DNA of 64,000 nucleotides from the NCBI GenBank assembly GCA_032718475.1, contig JAUCBJ010007402.1, positions 30,426-94,425 on the forward strand, in the 5' to 3' direction. Below, piece after piece: positions 32,432-43,379 of this stretch. The notes beneath the pieces are model-generated. The model did not search any database and was not told the origin of the DNA. It saw only the letters and a program-made list of their open reading frames with translations. The position numbers were made by a program, and so were the translations under genes. The DNA is from Nemertoderma westbladi. Taxonomy: Eukaryota; Animalia; Xenacoelomorpha. Numbering within the stretch: the stretch's first letter is position 1; each line of letters begins with the position of its first letter.

Positions 32432-34357
32432 CTATTTACTAATATTGGGTGGAGATTTGTAGTCTCCCGTCTCGTTTCTAGTCTCCTCAAGGAGTACGAG
32501 ACGTTGTACAGGCCTATCTACGGTACGACCGTCGATAGTCCTTACAGTAACTGTCCTCACTACACCAGATGTAGGGTGCGTGGTCAAAATGACTCCAGTC
32601 AGCCAAAACCGTCTTTTCAGATTGGCTTCAGCCAATAAAACATGGTCACCACGTCTTAAACATCGGGTATTTAGATACCAAGAGGTTCTGGTCGAAATAG
32701 AGGGCAAATAATATTTCTGCCATATTTCCCAGAATTTATTTGCAAGCAATTGAGTGATTTTCCAAGCCTTGTTGCCGTATCCGTCACTATCAACGGGTAC
32801 CGAAATGGGCAACAATGTCGTCGGCGCCTGCATAAGCAGGTGCGCTGGTGTCAAGGCAAACTGTACGTCGTTATTGTCTGGGATCAAAGCGATCGGTCTG
32901 GTATTTAAGATTGCTTCGATTTCTATTAGTAACGTCGTCAGTTGGTCGTCTGTCAAGATGTGTTGCGTCGGTACGACTTTAGCCATAGCTGTCTTTATTG
33001 AGCCAATCAGCCTTTCCCAAACGCCGCCTCTCCACGGACTGTCTGGAGTATTGAAAAACCAAACAATACGGTGAGGACGTAGTTCCTCGGAAATCTGGTT
33101 TTGGTCCAATTTTCTCAAAGCTCTGGTTATCTCGTTCCGTGCACCCACAAAGTTTGTCCCTTGGTCGCAGTATATGGATTTGACCAATCCACGTCTAGCG
33201 ATAAATCGCCGTAAGGCTAGGATAAAGGCATTGGTGGACAAGTCTGTCACTCGCTCTATATGGACAGCTCTGCTGGCCATGCAAGTGAAGATCAATCCCC
33301 AACGTTTTACCTGTACCCTTCCGCGTTTCGCGATTATGGGTCCAAAACAGTCTATCCCTGTCTCAGTGAAAGTCTAGAGTGACAGTCTAAATGCCTGTAA
33401 TCTAGCTAATGGTAGTTCACTCATTTCTTGGTGTCCTATCCTCGCGTGCACCTTCTTACAAATAATACAGTTCCGTGTTACCGAACTCAGTGCCTTACTA
33501 GGTCTAATCAGTACAAACCTCGAGCGTAAGTGTGATAGACAGTGGTGTCTACCTACGTGTTTGAGTTGTACATGTGCGTCCAGTATCATAGCGCGCTGTA
33601 ACTCATGGTGTTGCGGTATGATGATAGGATACCTAAAGTCAAGTGCAAAGTCGATGTTTTGGAGTCTGGACTTGTGACAAAGTAAGCCCCGGTAAATAAT
33701 CGGACTCCAAATCAAAATCGGTGAAGACTTAATCTGTTTACCTTGTTTGATCGCTGTGAACTCTCGTGCGAAATATCGCAATTGATAATGTCGAATGATA
33801 TCAACTTCACAGTGTTCAATTTCCTTTAAGGTAAGTCTTCTAGGAAAGTCGCGTTTGCCTCTGGCATATTGTCTCAATCGTTTGAGCCATGCTAACTTGC
33901 GGCACGCGTCAGTCCATGATCTAGTTAGGTTCACTATCCTGTCAACGTAAGTGTTAGTGACGTCATCGGGTAAGGTGTAGTCGTAGTGTGGATACTTGTC
34001 TGGACTTGGTAGGCCCACGGGCCTTCCGGTAGGTTTGTCTGAGTCCCCAAGTACGTCAGTCTCTACGGTCTTACCTTTGCCGTCCGCACCTAATATGTCG
34101 ACTGGCAGTAATGGTTTCAACTCTACAGTGTCAGTGTGTTCCTGTGAGCCTGTAAGCTTCCTAACCTTAGTCACCACTTTACCTGTAGGTAAGTCAAGTA
34201 CCTTCTTCGAGCGGAGTGTAATCCCTGTGGCCACACCTTTGTCGTCCAAAGAAGTCAAATTTGGTAAGTCTCTAAAAGTCCGCTCCAATGGGTCTTCTAA
34301 TGGAGTGTCTAGTAGACCGCTTTCGTCCTTCTGGGCTCCTCTCAGAGGCGCACCCAT
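32432..34357 (-). pseudogene. BEL-3 integrase region (HHCC + DDE core), one in-frame TAG at 33376-33374
   Basis: H..KHVG..CIIC, then the same frame gives TGIDCFGP, CDQGTNF, PWRGGVWE, RPVQRL. Confidence 0.9.
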
Positions 34358-35501
34358 GAGGTGGACGTGTTTCCACCACCCCGGGGGCCAGTCCGACTGA
34401 CATTTCTATCAGTCGTTTCGACATAACCGGGCCGCAGGGTGGCCCGATGCTTCCCGGGTTCTGTTTTCGGTCCCCCGATCACACCAGCACAGCTCGTCGA
34501 ACCTGTAGCCAGATGGGCGGCTACTGTCAACTTACTGTGGCCTGACTGTACATTGAGCCAACTCAAAGTATAACAAAGAGTCAACCGGCAGGTGGACCAG
34601 TCGATAGCGATCGAGCACCAAGGTCGCCCTTGGGCCTAACCGACGGTCTTGTCCCACGTGGGCTTGCGCTACCCAACATTGGAATTTTGACACGTTTTCA
34701 CCTGTCTCGCCGGCAGTATTGAAAAGACAATACTGTCTGTAGCTCAAAAGCTACTGAACAAGTAACCACTTACCAGTTTACTGTACACGTGTACTCAACA
34801 GATGTTCACGAAATCAAGTACACAACGGTAAGCACAAAATCGAACACATACCATGCACACACAGATGACATAATCGGGTAAGGACAAAATCGGGGTCAAA
34901 TCAGAGGGGACAAAATTGTATCGACTCATAAGAGCCGAGAGTACCTTATTTTGCCGACAGGGCAAAATAACTTTGTGTGCACAAAGTATGCTGGGGCGCA
35001 GTAGAGTATGGTCCTACTAATACCAGCGGCGTCTTGTCCAACTGGCAAGGGTTCCCATACCCACTCGCAGTGGCCACACATACAATCACGTGTACTCACG
35101 TACCCACAGCAACAGAAAACTCAAGACCCGACGGTTTTTCCAATGCCACCAAAGACCAATCAGCTGAACATGGAGACAATAACATATAGTATCAAAAAAA
35201 CGGAACAGCTGACGGTCAATGGAACCATCCAAGCCCCAAGCAAACTGCCACTGATCGCCCACATACAAAACATAGTTCACGCCACATGAGCCACAAATCA
35301 CGCCATGCCACCACCCCTACTGTGTACAGGACTGGCAGTACGGCAACATGCCGACTAGACGGAACCACGGCACCATGTCGATTCATGGTTCGTTAGACAC
35401 GAGGGCCTTCAGTGACTCCCTAGCACTATATTCACAATTTAACGTGCCCCTAGACCCTCACGAGTCCGCCGCCGCCTGTTCAGACCACCCCTTTAGAGAC
35501 C

Positions 35502-38500
35502 TCACCTCTTTGGGTAGTCTGGTGAAGCGTCTGGTGAACAGTCTGGTGAGACGTCTGGTGAGACATAGCGCGGAACATCCGGCGAAATGTCCGGTCGTCG
35601 GTCCCAAAGTCTGTCTAGCGTAACTTCTGTCAGAAAGTCTGGTTCAAAGTCTGGTGGACAGTCGGTCGAGATGTCTGGTGAAAAGTCTGGTGAGACGTCC
35701 GGTAGACATTCTGTCGAGAGTTCCATCAAACAATCTGGCGAACAATCCGGAGAACAATCTGGTGTCGCTTCTGGTGAATAATCTGGCGAGTAATCTGGTG
35801 AACAATCCGGCGAAACGTCTGGTGAAATCTCCCGCGGAACATCCGGCGAAGGATTCATACAAGCGTCTGGTCGAGTGTCTGGCGAGACGTCTGGCGTAAT
35901 GTCAGGTCTGGCGTCCAGGTCATCAGATTTCGTCCGTCCTTTTTTCCTCTTGACCTTGGCGTTGGCTTTCGCTTTAGACTTGACAACCTTGTCGAGTTTT
36001 ATCTCGGCACCCTCTGGTATGGTGTTGGTTGTCGCGTCGAATAACGGTGGCCATTCGTCTGATGGTCGCTGTAGGAAATCGGGTCCTCTAAACCAAAAGG
36101 ATTTATTGTCCGGTTTACAAAAGTCAAGTGGTTGCATCCCCCGTGACGCGATGTCAGCTGGGTTCAGCTTCCCTGGACAGTGACGCCAATCTTGTTTGAG
36201 CGACCGGTCTAGTATTTCAGCCCGTCTGTTGGCTACGAAAGTCTTGAACTCGAATGTTTCGTTGTTTATGTACCAAAGTACCAACGTCGCATCCGTCCAA
36301 TATGTGACCTTCAAGTTAGCCTCCAGCTCGCGTTGAACTAGACTGACAATATTGGTGGATATCGTCCCGGCTTGCAGCTCCCCACGAGGTACAGTCATAT
36401 ACTTCAATGGCATTGTTCTAGCCCTTGAAGTAACGAGAGATACATCGTAGCTGTCCGATGTCACTTGTCGTCTAAGGTATAAGGTAACCCCCAATCCATC
36501 CTTGCTAGCGTCACTAAAGCTGTGAAGCTCTAAATCAGCAGGAAAGGTGGTTTGCAAAGGAAAGTATACCCTTGGTATGGTATAGTCTTGTAGGAACGTC
36601 AGTTGGGCTTCCCAGTCCCTCCATCGCTCAGCTAACTTTTCTGGGATGGGATCGTCCCATTCCAGTCCGGCTTGCCAAATGCTGCGGAGTATGATCCTGG
36701 CATGTAGGATCACTGGACTAATGAAACACAATGGGTCATACAATCGACTCATGGTCGATAAGCAAGTCCTCTTAGTGAGAGGTCTAGTCTGGTCGTTGGA
36801 CCTTACACGTACCCTAAAATTGTCGGTGTTAGGGTCCCAACTAAGTCCTAATACTTTGGTCGTCGGCAGAGGTTCTAGGTCTAAGTCTAAATCACCTCCG
36901 CTACGATCCATCGGGTCAAATGAGTTCACCAGTTCGGGTTCGTTGGAAGCGAACTTCGTCAGGTGAAATCCGCCCTCAGCGAGACAATCCTGGAGTTGGT
37001 GTGCTACGGTTGTAGCGCGCTCCAAGGTGTCACAACTCTTGAGGCCGTCATCCACGTAGAAATCTCGTTCCACGGTCCGAACTACTTCTGGGTCAAATTG
37101 GTCTCGTCTGTCTAATGCTGTCTGCTTTAAGGCGTACATGGTGCAGTTGGGGCTGTCCCTGGCTCCGAAAACTCTTACCTGCATTTGGTAAGTTTCTGGC
37201 GGAAGTTGTAAGTTTCCGTCCGGATACCAAAGAAACCTCAAACTGTCCCTGTCCCGCTCCAAAGCCTTAACCTGGTGAAACATGGCCTCTACGTCACAGG
37301 TGAAAGCCACTTTGCGTTGTCTAAAACGCATTAGGACTCCCATGAGGTAATTATTCATATTCGGCCCGTCCATCAGTTCGCTATTCATAGACATCCCTTG
37401 GTAAAGCGCAGCGCAGTCGTTGACTACACGCACCTTGCCAGGTTTGTCCGGGTGTCGAACAAAATGATGTGGCAGGTAATATGTCTGGTCTGTAGTTACC
37501 TCAGGATTTAGCATCCTAATGGCGTATCCCTTTTGGAGATACGTCTGAAGTTGTGTATTGTATTGCATATGGGCCATCTCGTCTCGCAACAATCGCTGCC
37601 TTATTGATTTGAGTCGCCTCAAAGCAAGCGGGTAATTGTTAACGAGCTTAGGTTGTCCATCGCGCCACAACATACCAACCTCATAGTGGCCATTCGCGGT
37701 CTGGCGAATGGTATCTCTCATAATATTTAATGACCGTTTTTCCTGTTCTGACATAGCGGTCTCGTAACTACCGGGTTCTGCTGAGTCCTGTTCCAACCAT
37801 TGAATGGTCCGTTCAGTCAGCAGTCGGTCAAGCGCTGCTTGCACTGCGCCATGGTCCTCGTCCACGTCTTCGTCCGCTGCGGTGGCTAGTGTCAATGTGT
37901 CTGGTAGGCTCGCAAGCCTTCCGGTGTCACTAGTCGGCGTCGAATTGTCGTGCGGCGGTTTGACAACTTCTTGATCTATCGGTAGGCTCGCAAGCCTTCC
38001 AAGATCAACGACCGGTGTCGAAGCCTGGTGGGTGGGGTCAATGACCTTCGGATTTTTCGGTAGGCTCGCAAGCCTTCCAAAATCCTCGTTCATCGAGTCA
38101 TCCACAGCAACAACCCTCAGGTCTTCAGTAGTCAATACAACCTGGTCTACTGCAAGTAGTTGTAAGTCAGAGGTCCGTATGGTCATGTCCAGATCGGTTA
38201 CGTCAGTATCGGTGGCGTCTGCGTTAGTGACGCAAGTCTGTCGTAGTGCCGTCCGTACAATTGGACCACAGGAGTGTGAAGGAGAATTATCTATCGTGTT
38301 AGTCAATAAACTACACGTACTCAAAACGTCGTCCTCCTGGTCACTTACCTCTAGTGAACGTATTGGTGCTCTAGTATACCAACCTATGGGAGTTCTACAT
38401 GCGTAGGGGTTGCCCGCTGTAATGACAGATGGGCGTGTCTCCCATACCTGATGTAAGTTAAACTGGTCTGTCCCAATTAACATCGCAATGGAACGATAAT

Positions 38501-40247
38501 TGACAGGACATTCCGGTATTCCAAGGTGTCGGAAATACTTACGATCTTCCGGTGATTGCTCTGGCACAGGGCCGAGCAAGTTACTAAAGTCCTTCGTAGC
38601 TGCAAAGGTCAAATTTCTTACCGGAAGTAATGAGCGCTCCTCCTTGCTGTGTTCCGCTTTGGAAAGAAGAGTGTCTAAAGTTAGTTTTACTCTCGTCACA
38701 GGAATCGCTCTCTTACCATGCATGCTGCTTACAGTATACTGAGCAGTCTTACCTTGACTCAAGTCCGTAACTACGTCGGCTACTTGTTCGTCGACATAGC
38801 TATGCGATGACGCAGAGTCTATGATGGCGTATATACGCTTGCTCCCTCGGGTTCCGGTAATCTTTATAGGAATCACGCTAAACCCTTTCAATTGGTTCTG
38901 TGTGAGGAGCGTTATCGATGGCTGTTCCTCACCTGCATGCACGTAGAAAGTGTCGTCTTCCTCCTCGTCCTCGTCCGATGATCCTGACTGATCCATACAG
39001 TCGGTATAAAAGGTACGGATCTCGCGCGGCGCACGCTCCTTATAAAGCGCTTCGCATCTAGCCGCTTTATCGGGATGCTCTCGTCGAAAGCGTCTGGTCG
39101 GAGTATGACTGGTTGTGTGAAGCAACGCGTCATGGTTACGTCCACACAGAGAACATGTATCGTCGCTCGGGCAATCCTTCCGGACGTGTCCTGGCTTCAT
39201 ACATCTCCAACAGGAATCTAGAGATCGGATTTGGAGTCTCCTTTCCTCGATCCCTAACTCTTTAAAAGCGCGACATCCACGTAGTTTATGTCCGCTATGG
39301 TTTCTGCCGTTCCGCTCGCAGTATGAGCATCCCACAAAGTCCGCCGGCAACTGTTGTCGTGGCTGCGTGGTGCCGATAGGCGTCAGAACTTTAGAAGTCT
39401 CAGTAGGGGTGGCGTAAGTAACGGCCTTCGCGTTCGTCGGAAATGGTTTAGTCCGATTCGGCGCAGAAACAGTTATCCCTTCCGCCGCGATATGGTGATC
39501 GGTATAGTTCGATCGAGTCTCGATCACGGCCTCCCGTGAAATAAGTTGATAGACATCGGTGAGTTTTAATAACCCTCCGGCCTCTTCGCGCTGGTACTCG
39601 ATGCGTCGCCATTCTCTTCGTAGTCGATGGTGAAGTCGACCGATTATTCGAATGAGAACCGTCGGTGCGTTAGCGTACTCGAGTTGTCCAATGGACCGTA
39701 AAGTCCCTATAGCGTTCTTTATTTCGTCCGCGAGTCGTAAAAGGTCGATCAGTCTCGAAATGTTGCCTCCTCTGCAGAGGTCTTCAATGATGGATTTAGC
39801 CATGGCGACATTACCGCCGTAAATTGAATACAAACGGTCGTACGCCAATTCAAAGGCATCGGGAACACCAATAAAGGTTTCCGCTAATCGTTTCGGCTCA
39901 CCAGACAGAACTTGGAGCAAGTAGTTAAACTTCTCCGTCGAGGTGAAAGCACACTTAGCGATCTGGGACTCTACGTAGTCTACCAGTGTGTGCCAGTGTT
40001 TCGCGTTGCCAGAGAACTTCGGCGGTTGCTGTGCCGGTAATCCGTGTCTAGCCGCGAATTTCGCAATCTCGCTAACTAAATCCAACTGTCCGCGTCCCTG
40101 TTCGGCGGCGTCGTCCAGTCGTTCCCTTCCGCGCGTTGTTCGTCGGTAGGAATTATTAACGGGATCTTCTTCTCGATGTGTCGGAGTCCGTCTAGTCTCC
40201 TGTTCCCTCCTCGGTGGTCGATGTTGTCTAGGTTGTTCCAACTCCAC
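35502..40247 (-). CDS. BEL-3 Gag core-protease-RT-RNase H, ending in SPDx repeats
   Basis: PKFSGN; CSYC, CWRC..H..C, CSLCGRNHDALLH; IDSAS; FYVDD; HSFSDAS; NPADIASRG. In frame with the upstream ORF across a single TGA. Confidence 0.93.
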   Translation of the reverse strand: MELEQPRQHRPPRREQETRRTPTHREEDPVNNSYRRTTRGRERLDDAAEQGRGQLDLVSEIAKFAARHGLPAQQPPKFSGNAKHWHTLVDYVESQIAKCAFTSTEKFNYLLQVLSGEPKRLAETFIGVPDAFELAYDRLYSIYGGNVAMAKSIIEDLCRGGNISRLIDLLRLADEIKNAIGTLRSIGQLEYANAPTVLIRIIGRLHHRLRREWRRIEYQREEAGGLLKLTDVYQLISREAVIETRSNYTDHHIAAEGITVSAPNRTKPFPTNAKAVTYATPTETSKVLTPIGTTQPRQQLPADFVGCSYCERNGRNHSGHKLRGCRAFKELGIEERRLQIRSLDSCWRCMKPGHVRKDCPSDDTCSLCGRNHDALLHTTSHTPTRRFRREHPDKAARCEALYKERAPREIRTFYTDCMDQSGSSDEDEEEDDTFYVHAGEEQPSITLLTQNQLKGFSVIPIKITGTRGSKRIYAIIDSASSHSYVDEQVADVVTDLSQGKTAQYTVSSMHGKRAIPVTRVKLTLDTLLSKAEHSKEERSLLPVRNLTFAATKDFSNLLGPVPEQSPEDRKYFRHLGIPECPVNYRSIAMLIGTDQFNLHQVWETRPSVITAGNPYACRTPIGWYTRAPIRSLEVSDQEDDVLSTCSLLTNTIDNSPSHSCGPIVRTALRQTCVTNADATDTDVTDLDMTIRTSDLQLLAVDQVVLTTEDLRVVAVDDSMNEDFGRLASLPKNPKVIDPTHQASTPVVDLGRLASLPIDQEVVKPPHDNSTPTSDTGRLASLPDTLTLATAADEDVDEDHGAVQAALDRLLTERTIQWLEQDSAEPGSYETAMSEQEKRSLNIMRDTIRQTANGHYEVGMLWRDGQPKLVNNYPLALRRLKSIRQRLLRDEMAHMQYNTQLQTYLQKGYAIRMLNPEVTTDQTYYLPHHFVRHPDKPGKVRVVNDCAALYQGMSMNSELMDGPNMNNYLMGVLMRFRQRKVAFTCDVEAMFHQVKALERDRDSLRFLWYPDGNLQLPPETYQMQVRVFGARDSPNCTMYALKQTALDRRDQFDPEVVRTVERDFYVDDGLKSCDTLERATTVAHQLQDCLAEGGFHLTKFASNEPELVNSFDPMDRSGGDLDLDLEPLPTTKVLGLSWDPNTDNFRVRVRSNDQTRPLTKRTCLSTMSRLYDPLCFISPVILHARIILRSIWQAGLEWDDPIPEKLAERWRDWEAQLTFLQDYTIPRVYFPLQTTFPADLELHSFSDASKDGLGVTLYLRRQVTSDSYDVSLVTSRARTMPLKYMTVPRGELQAGTISTNIVSLVQRELEANLKVTYWTDATLVLWYINNETFEFKTFVANRRAEILDRSLKQDWRHCPGKLNPADIASRGMQPLDFCKPDNKSFWFRGPDFLQRPSDEWPPLFDATTNTIPEGAEIKLDKVVKSKAKANAKVKRKKGRTKSDDLDARPDITPDVSPDTRPDACMNPSPDVPREISPDVSPDCSPDYSPDYSPEATPDCSPDCSPDCLMELSTECLPDVSPDFSPDISTDCPPDFEPDFLTEVTLDRLWDRRPDISPDVPRYVSPDVSPDCSPDASPDYPKR
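35515..35905 (-). repeat. 12-bp coding tandem repeat (Ser-Pro-Asp-X)
   Basis: TCTGGTGA/TCTGGCGA periodicity on the plus strand; protein SPDVSPDCSPDYSPDY. Confidence 0.9.
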
Positions 40248-40304
40248 GCTGGTTCGTGATCGATCCGACGGTTGCGCTTCGAGTCGCTCTTCTATCTGAG
40301 CTAG

Positions 40305-42437
40305 TCAGTCCGCTACAGGTCGCATTATTTCGGCGAGTCTGTTGGTGCTGATCGCTTCCGCTGGTTGCAACGTGGGTTTCTGTTGGGGTGTTTCTCGAGG
40401 TGGATTGTCGATGTATGGGTTCGTCGATCGTTCCTCCTGTTTGTAATCCGCTGCCGCTGCCGCTCCAGTACGGAATATTTCCCGTTCCGTCGACTCCGAG
40501 TCACTAGATGAGTCGCTGTCGTCCGGATAAGGTGGTTGGCGGGTTCGCGTCCGGCGTATTATCCTTGGTCGAGTTCGTTGTGATCTGGGATCTACGGCTC
40601 TCCGTTGTTCGGCAGGCTCGCAAGCCTTCCACGAAGTCGTAGGTCTCGTTAAACATTGGGTGAGAGGTCTAGTAAAAACATCGGAGTTAAGCTCTACTGT
40701 AGGTTTATAAATGACTGGGTTTGCGCAGCACGTTACAGGTTTAACTTGTAATGGTTTACTCACCTGTTTTACTGTCATAAACGCAGGTTCGTCTCTCTCT
40801 ACAAGTAAACTACGGCTTACAGTAGGTGGACTACTTATCTTACCTGCTAAAATTGGCGATGAAGTCGCCCTAGGTTGCGGTATTTCCGTCACAACAAACC
40901 TGTTGCCTTGCGTCGAACGCACAGGCGTTATTTCCTTAGGTTTCGTAACAAAGACCGGTTTTATCGGAGTCGTGGGTTTGAGCATAGGAATAACTTGGGG
41001 AAAACGTTTACAGTAATCCTCGACGAACTCCTCTCCTCGATCTATCGCTCCCACGCTTCCTTCCTCGATCCGCTTCTGTATTCCGCGATATCGAGCTTCC
41101 ATACGATCCAGGGCAGACAAGTCGTGTCCAGTTCGCGATCTTATAGATCTATCTCTCGCGTCGAGTTCGAGGTCCGCTTGCGCGTTCGCTGTCTCGCGCG
41201 ATCTATGATTCAATTCGAACTGTAGTTGCATCTCCCTTTCGCATCGATCTGCGTCCTGTTGTTGTGCCGCTAATTCCGCTTCCTGTATAGCTAATCGAGC
41301 GTTTATTTGCCGCGCCTCCAACTTGGCACGAGCGTCGGATGCTGCTTTCTTCCGTGCTAACTCGTCAGCTGCCGCCTGTCGTGCTAACTCGTCGGCTGCT
41401 GCCGCCGCGGCCGCTTCTCGCGCTAAGTCCTCCTCCAGTCTCCGCATCTCTGATGCTTCGAACTCAGCCTGTGCTTGAAGTTTCGCAAGTTGCGCTACGT
41501 CCTCTCTGCGCTGTTTTTCTCCTTCGATGGCGATCTGTGCCATCTGTAGTTGCGCTTCTTCCTCGGCGACTTGTTGTCGGCGTGCAACCTCCTGTTGTTG
41601 TCGAGTAATTCCAGACGCTGTTCTACTAACGTCGCCAACGTTGCCAACGTCGCTCCGTACGCTAACGAACGATCTATCCAGTGGTGGATATTGGTAGGCT
41701 CGCGAGCCTTCCGTAGTGAGAACTTCCGTCATCCCTCGCGGTTCGACTTCCGGTTCGTCGATCGGTACGCCGCATCTACGAAGAAAATTGGTCAGCGTTT
41801 CCAACCTTCCGTCCAGGCAGTAGAGTTCTTCTTCCTCTTCGGGTTGTAACAACGCGTCCGAAACTGACTCACCTAGCAGTTGGTCGAACTGCTCCTGTTG
41901 AGCCAATCTTATCACCGACTTAAACTGGATAAGGCTTTCTCTCGCACTTACCAATTTATCTACTATCTTTACCTGAGTAAAGTTGTCGCCACGCAACTCT
42001 GCAAGTTCGTGTAAACCTTTAAGTTTATCCACGGAGGCATGTACCCTACTTTCTATCCTTACCTGTAAGGTGTAGAACTCGTATCTCGACATCGGGGCGG
42101 TTAACTCGCGTAAAACGCGAAAACCTTCTCCGAGGTTCCGAGTAATCTGGGCCATGTGTCCTCCTATACTTCTAATAACGTTCTCCTGGCTTCCAGTCGA
42201 ACTTACCATGTCCGGTTCCCGTGATCTAGTCTGCGGGACGGTAAGGAAATCTTCGATCCTGCCGTCGCCACGCGTTGCGGCTTCCGGTATTTCCGTTCGG
42301 GGTACCGGCGACGCAAGCGGTGTGACATCGGTGGAATCTCGGGTTCTCCTTCTCGGTTCGTCTACTGTCGATCTGTCCGGGTCGCACGAGTCATAGTCGG
42401 TAGGTGGGTATCTCGTCGAATGGGGTGTGTCACTCAT
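40305..42437 (-). CDS. BEL-3 N-terminal Gag region (coiled-coil and low complexity)
   Basis: 710 codons, Ala/Glu/Gln-rich helix; same frame as 35502-40247, separated only by TGA at 40307-40305. Confidence 0.85.
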   Translation of the reverse strand: MSDTPHSTRYPPTDYDSCDPDRSTVDEPRRRTRDSTDVTPLASPVPRTEIPEAATRGDGRIEDFLTVPQTRSREPDMVSSTGSQENVIRSIGGHMAQITRNLGEGFRVLRELTAPMSRYEFYTLQVRIESRVHASVDKLKGLHELAELRGDNFTQVKIVDKLVSARESLIQFKSVIRLAQQEQFDQLLGESVSDALLQPEEEEELYCLDGRLETLTNFLRRCGVPIDEPEVEPRGMTEVLTTEGSRAYQYPPLDRSFVSVRSDVGNVGDVSRTASGITRQQQEVARRQQVAEEEAQLQMAQIAIEGEKQRREDVAQLAKLQAQAEFEASEMRRLEEDLAREAAAAAAADELARQAAADELARKKAASDARAKLEARQINARLAIQEAELAAQQQDADRCEREMQLQFELNHRSRETANAQADLELDARDRSIRSRTGHDLSALDRMEARYRGIQKRIEEGSVGAIDRGEEFVEDYCKRFPQVIPMLKPTTPIKPVFVTKPKEITPVRSTQGNRFVVTEIPQPRATSSPILAGKISSPPTVSRSLLVERDEPAFMTVKQVSKPLQVKPVTCCANPVIYKPTVELNSDVFTRPLTQCLTRPTTSWKACEPAEQRRAVDPRSQRTRPRIIRRTRTRQPPYPDDSDSSSDSESTEREIFRTGAAAAADYKQEERSTNPYIDNPPRETPQQKPTLQPAEAISTNRLAEIMRPVAD

Positions 42438-43379
42438 GTCTTATTATATACGTCAAGTACGGGTAATAAAATGTCAAAGTGTCTGAATGTTGAAGTGTCA
42501 AACTTACCTTGGTATATATAGTATCTATATACCCTAACCGGTACAAATAAATCAACAAGTCAGAATGTCGAAATGTCAAAATGTCGAAATGTACAAATGT
42601 CAAACTTACCTTGGTATATATATATATCATATATATACCCTAACCGGTACAAATAAACTAACAAGGTATATAATAAAATAAGTAGTAATCTAGCCTACCG
42701 GCTAAATTTGTACGAATAAGTGAGATAACGGTATACGTTAACAAAATGTAGATCAACAAGTATAAACAATAGGCCAAACAGCAACGTCTAACGGGAAAAT
42801 ACGTACCAACAACACTACTAATAGACAGTGAAACCCACAAATTTTGAGTACTACTGTGCTTTCTTAAGTTTGAACGACGCGAGTCGTAAAACTTACGTTC
42901 CTTTGATCTTCCAGTCGTACAAATTCCCAAATACAAACCGGACGTGGGTCTTTCCATTTTTCGGCGGCGTGGACGAATTTATTGTCTCCCAAACTTTGCG
43001 AAAAGCGGTCTAATCCTCGAAGCGGTCCAGAAATGAGTCCTTGAGTCCTGAAAAGGTCGAAGGTGAGAGTTTTACTTCTACGCTTACGAAAAATCTTCCT
43101 AGGTACCGATACAAATTGGTCTTTAAACCCTATGTACCTTTTCAAGTACCGAAAAGTAACACCGCACACACACGGCATAAAACAAAGTGCTACAAACTAA
43201 CTGTTAGCTAGTCAAATATTAAATACGAAAGTACTAGCTACCCTAAAAGCCTACTGAAGCAGGGGACGTTCTAAATTACTAAATTTACTAACCTTAGTTT
43301 TAAATATCTCCTACTTTCAATAGCTAACAATCTGACAATCGAAATAATACTATAAACTAATTTATATAGTATTTCCTAC

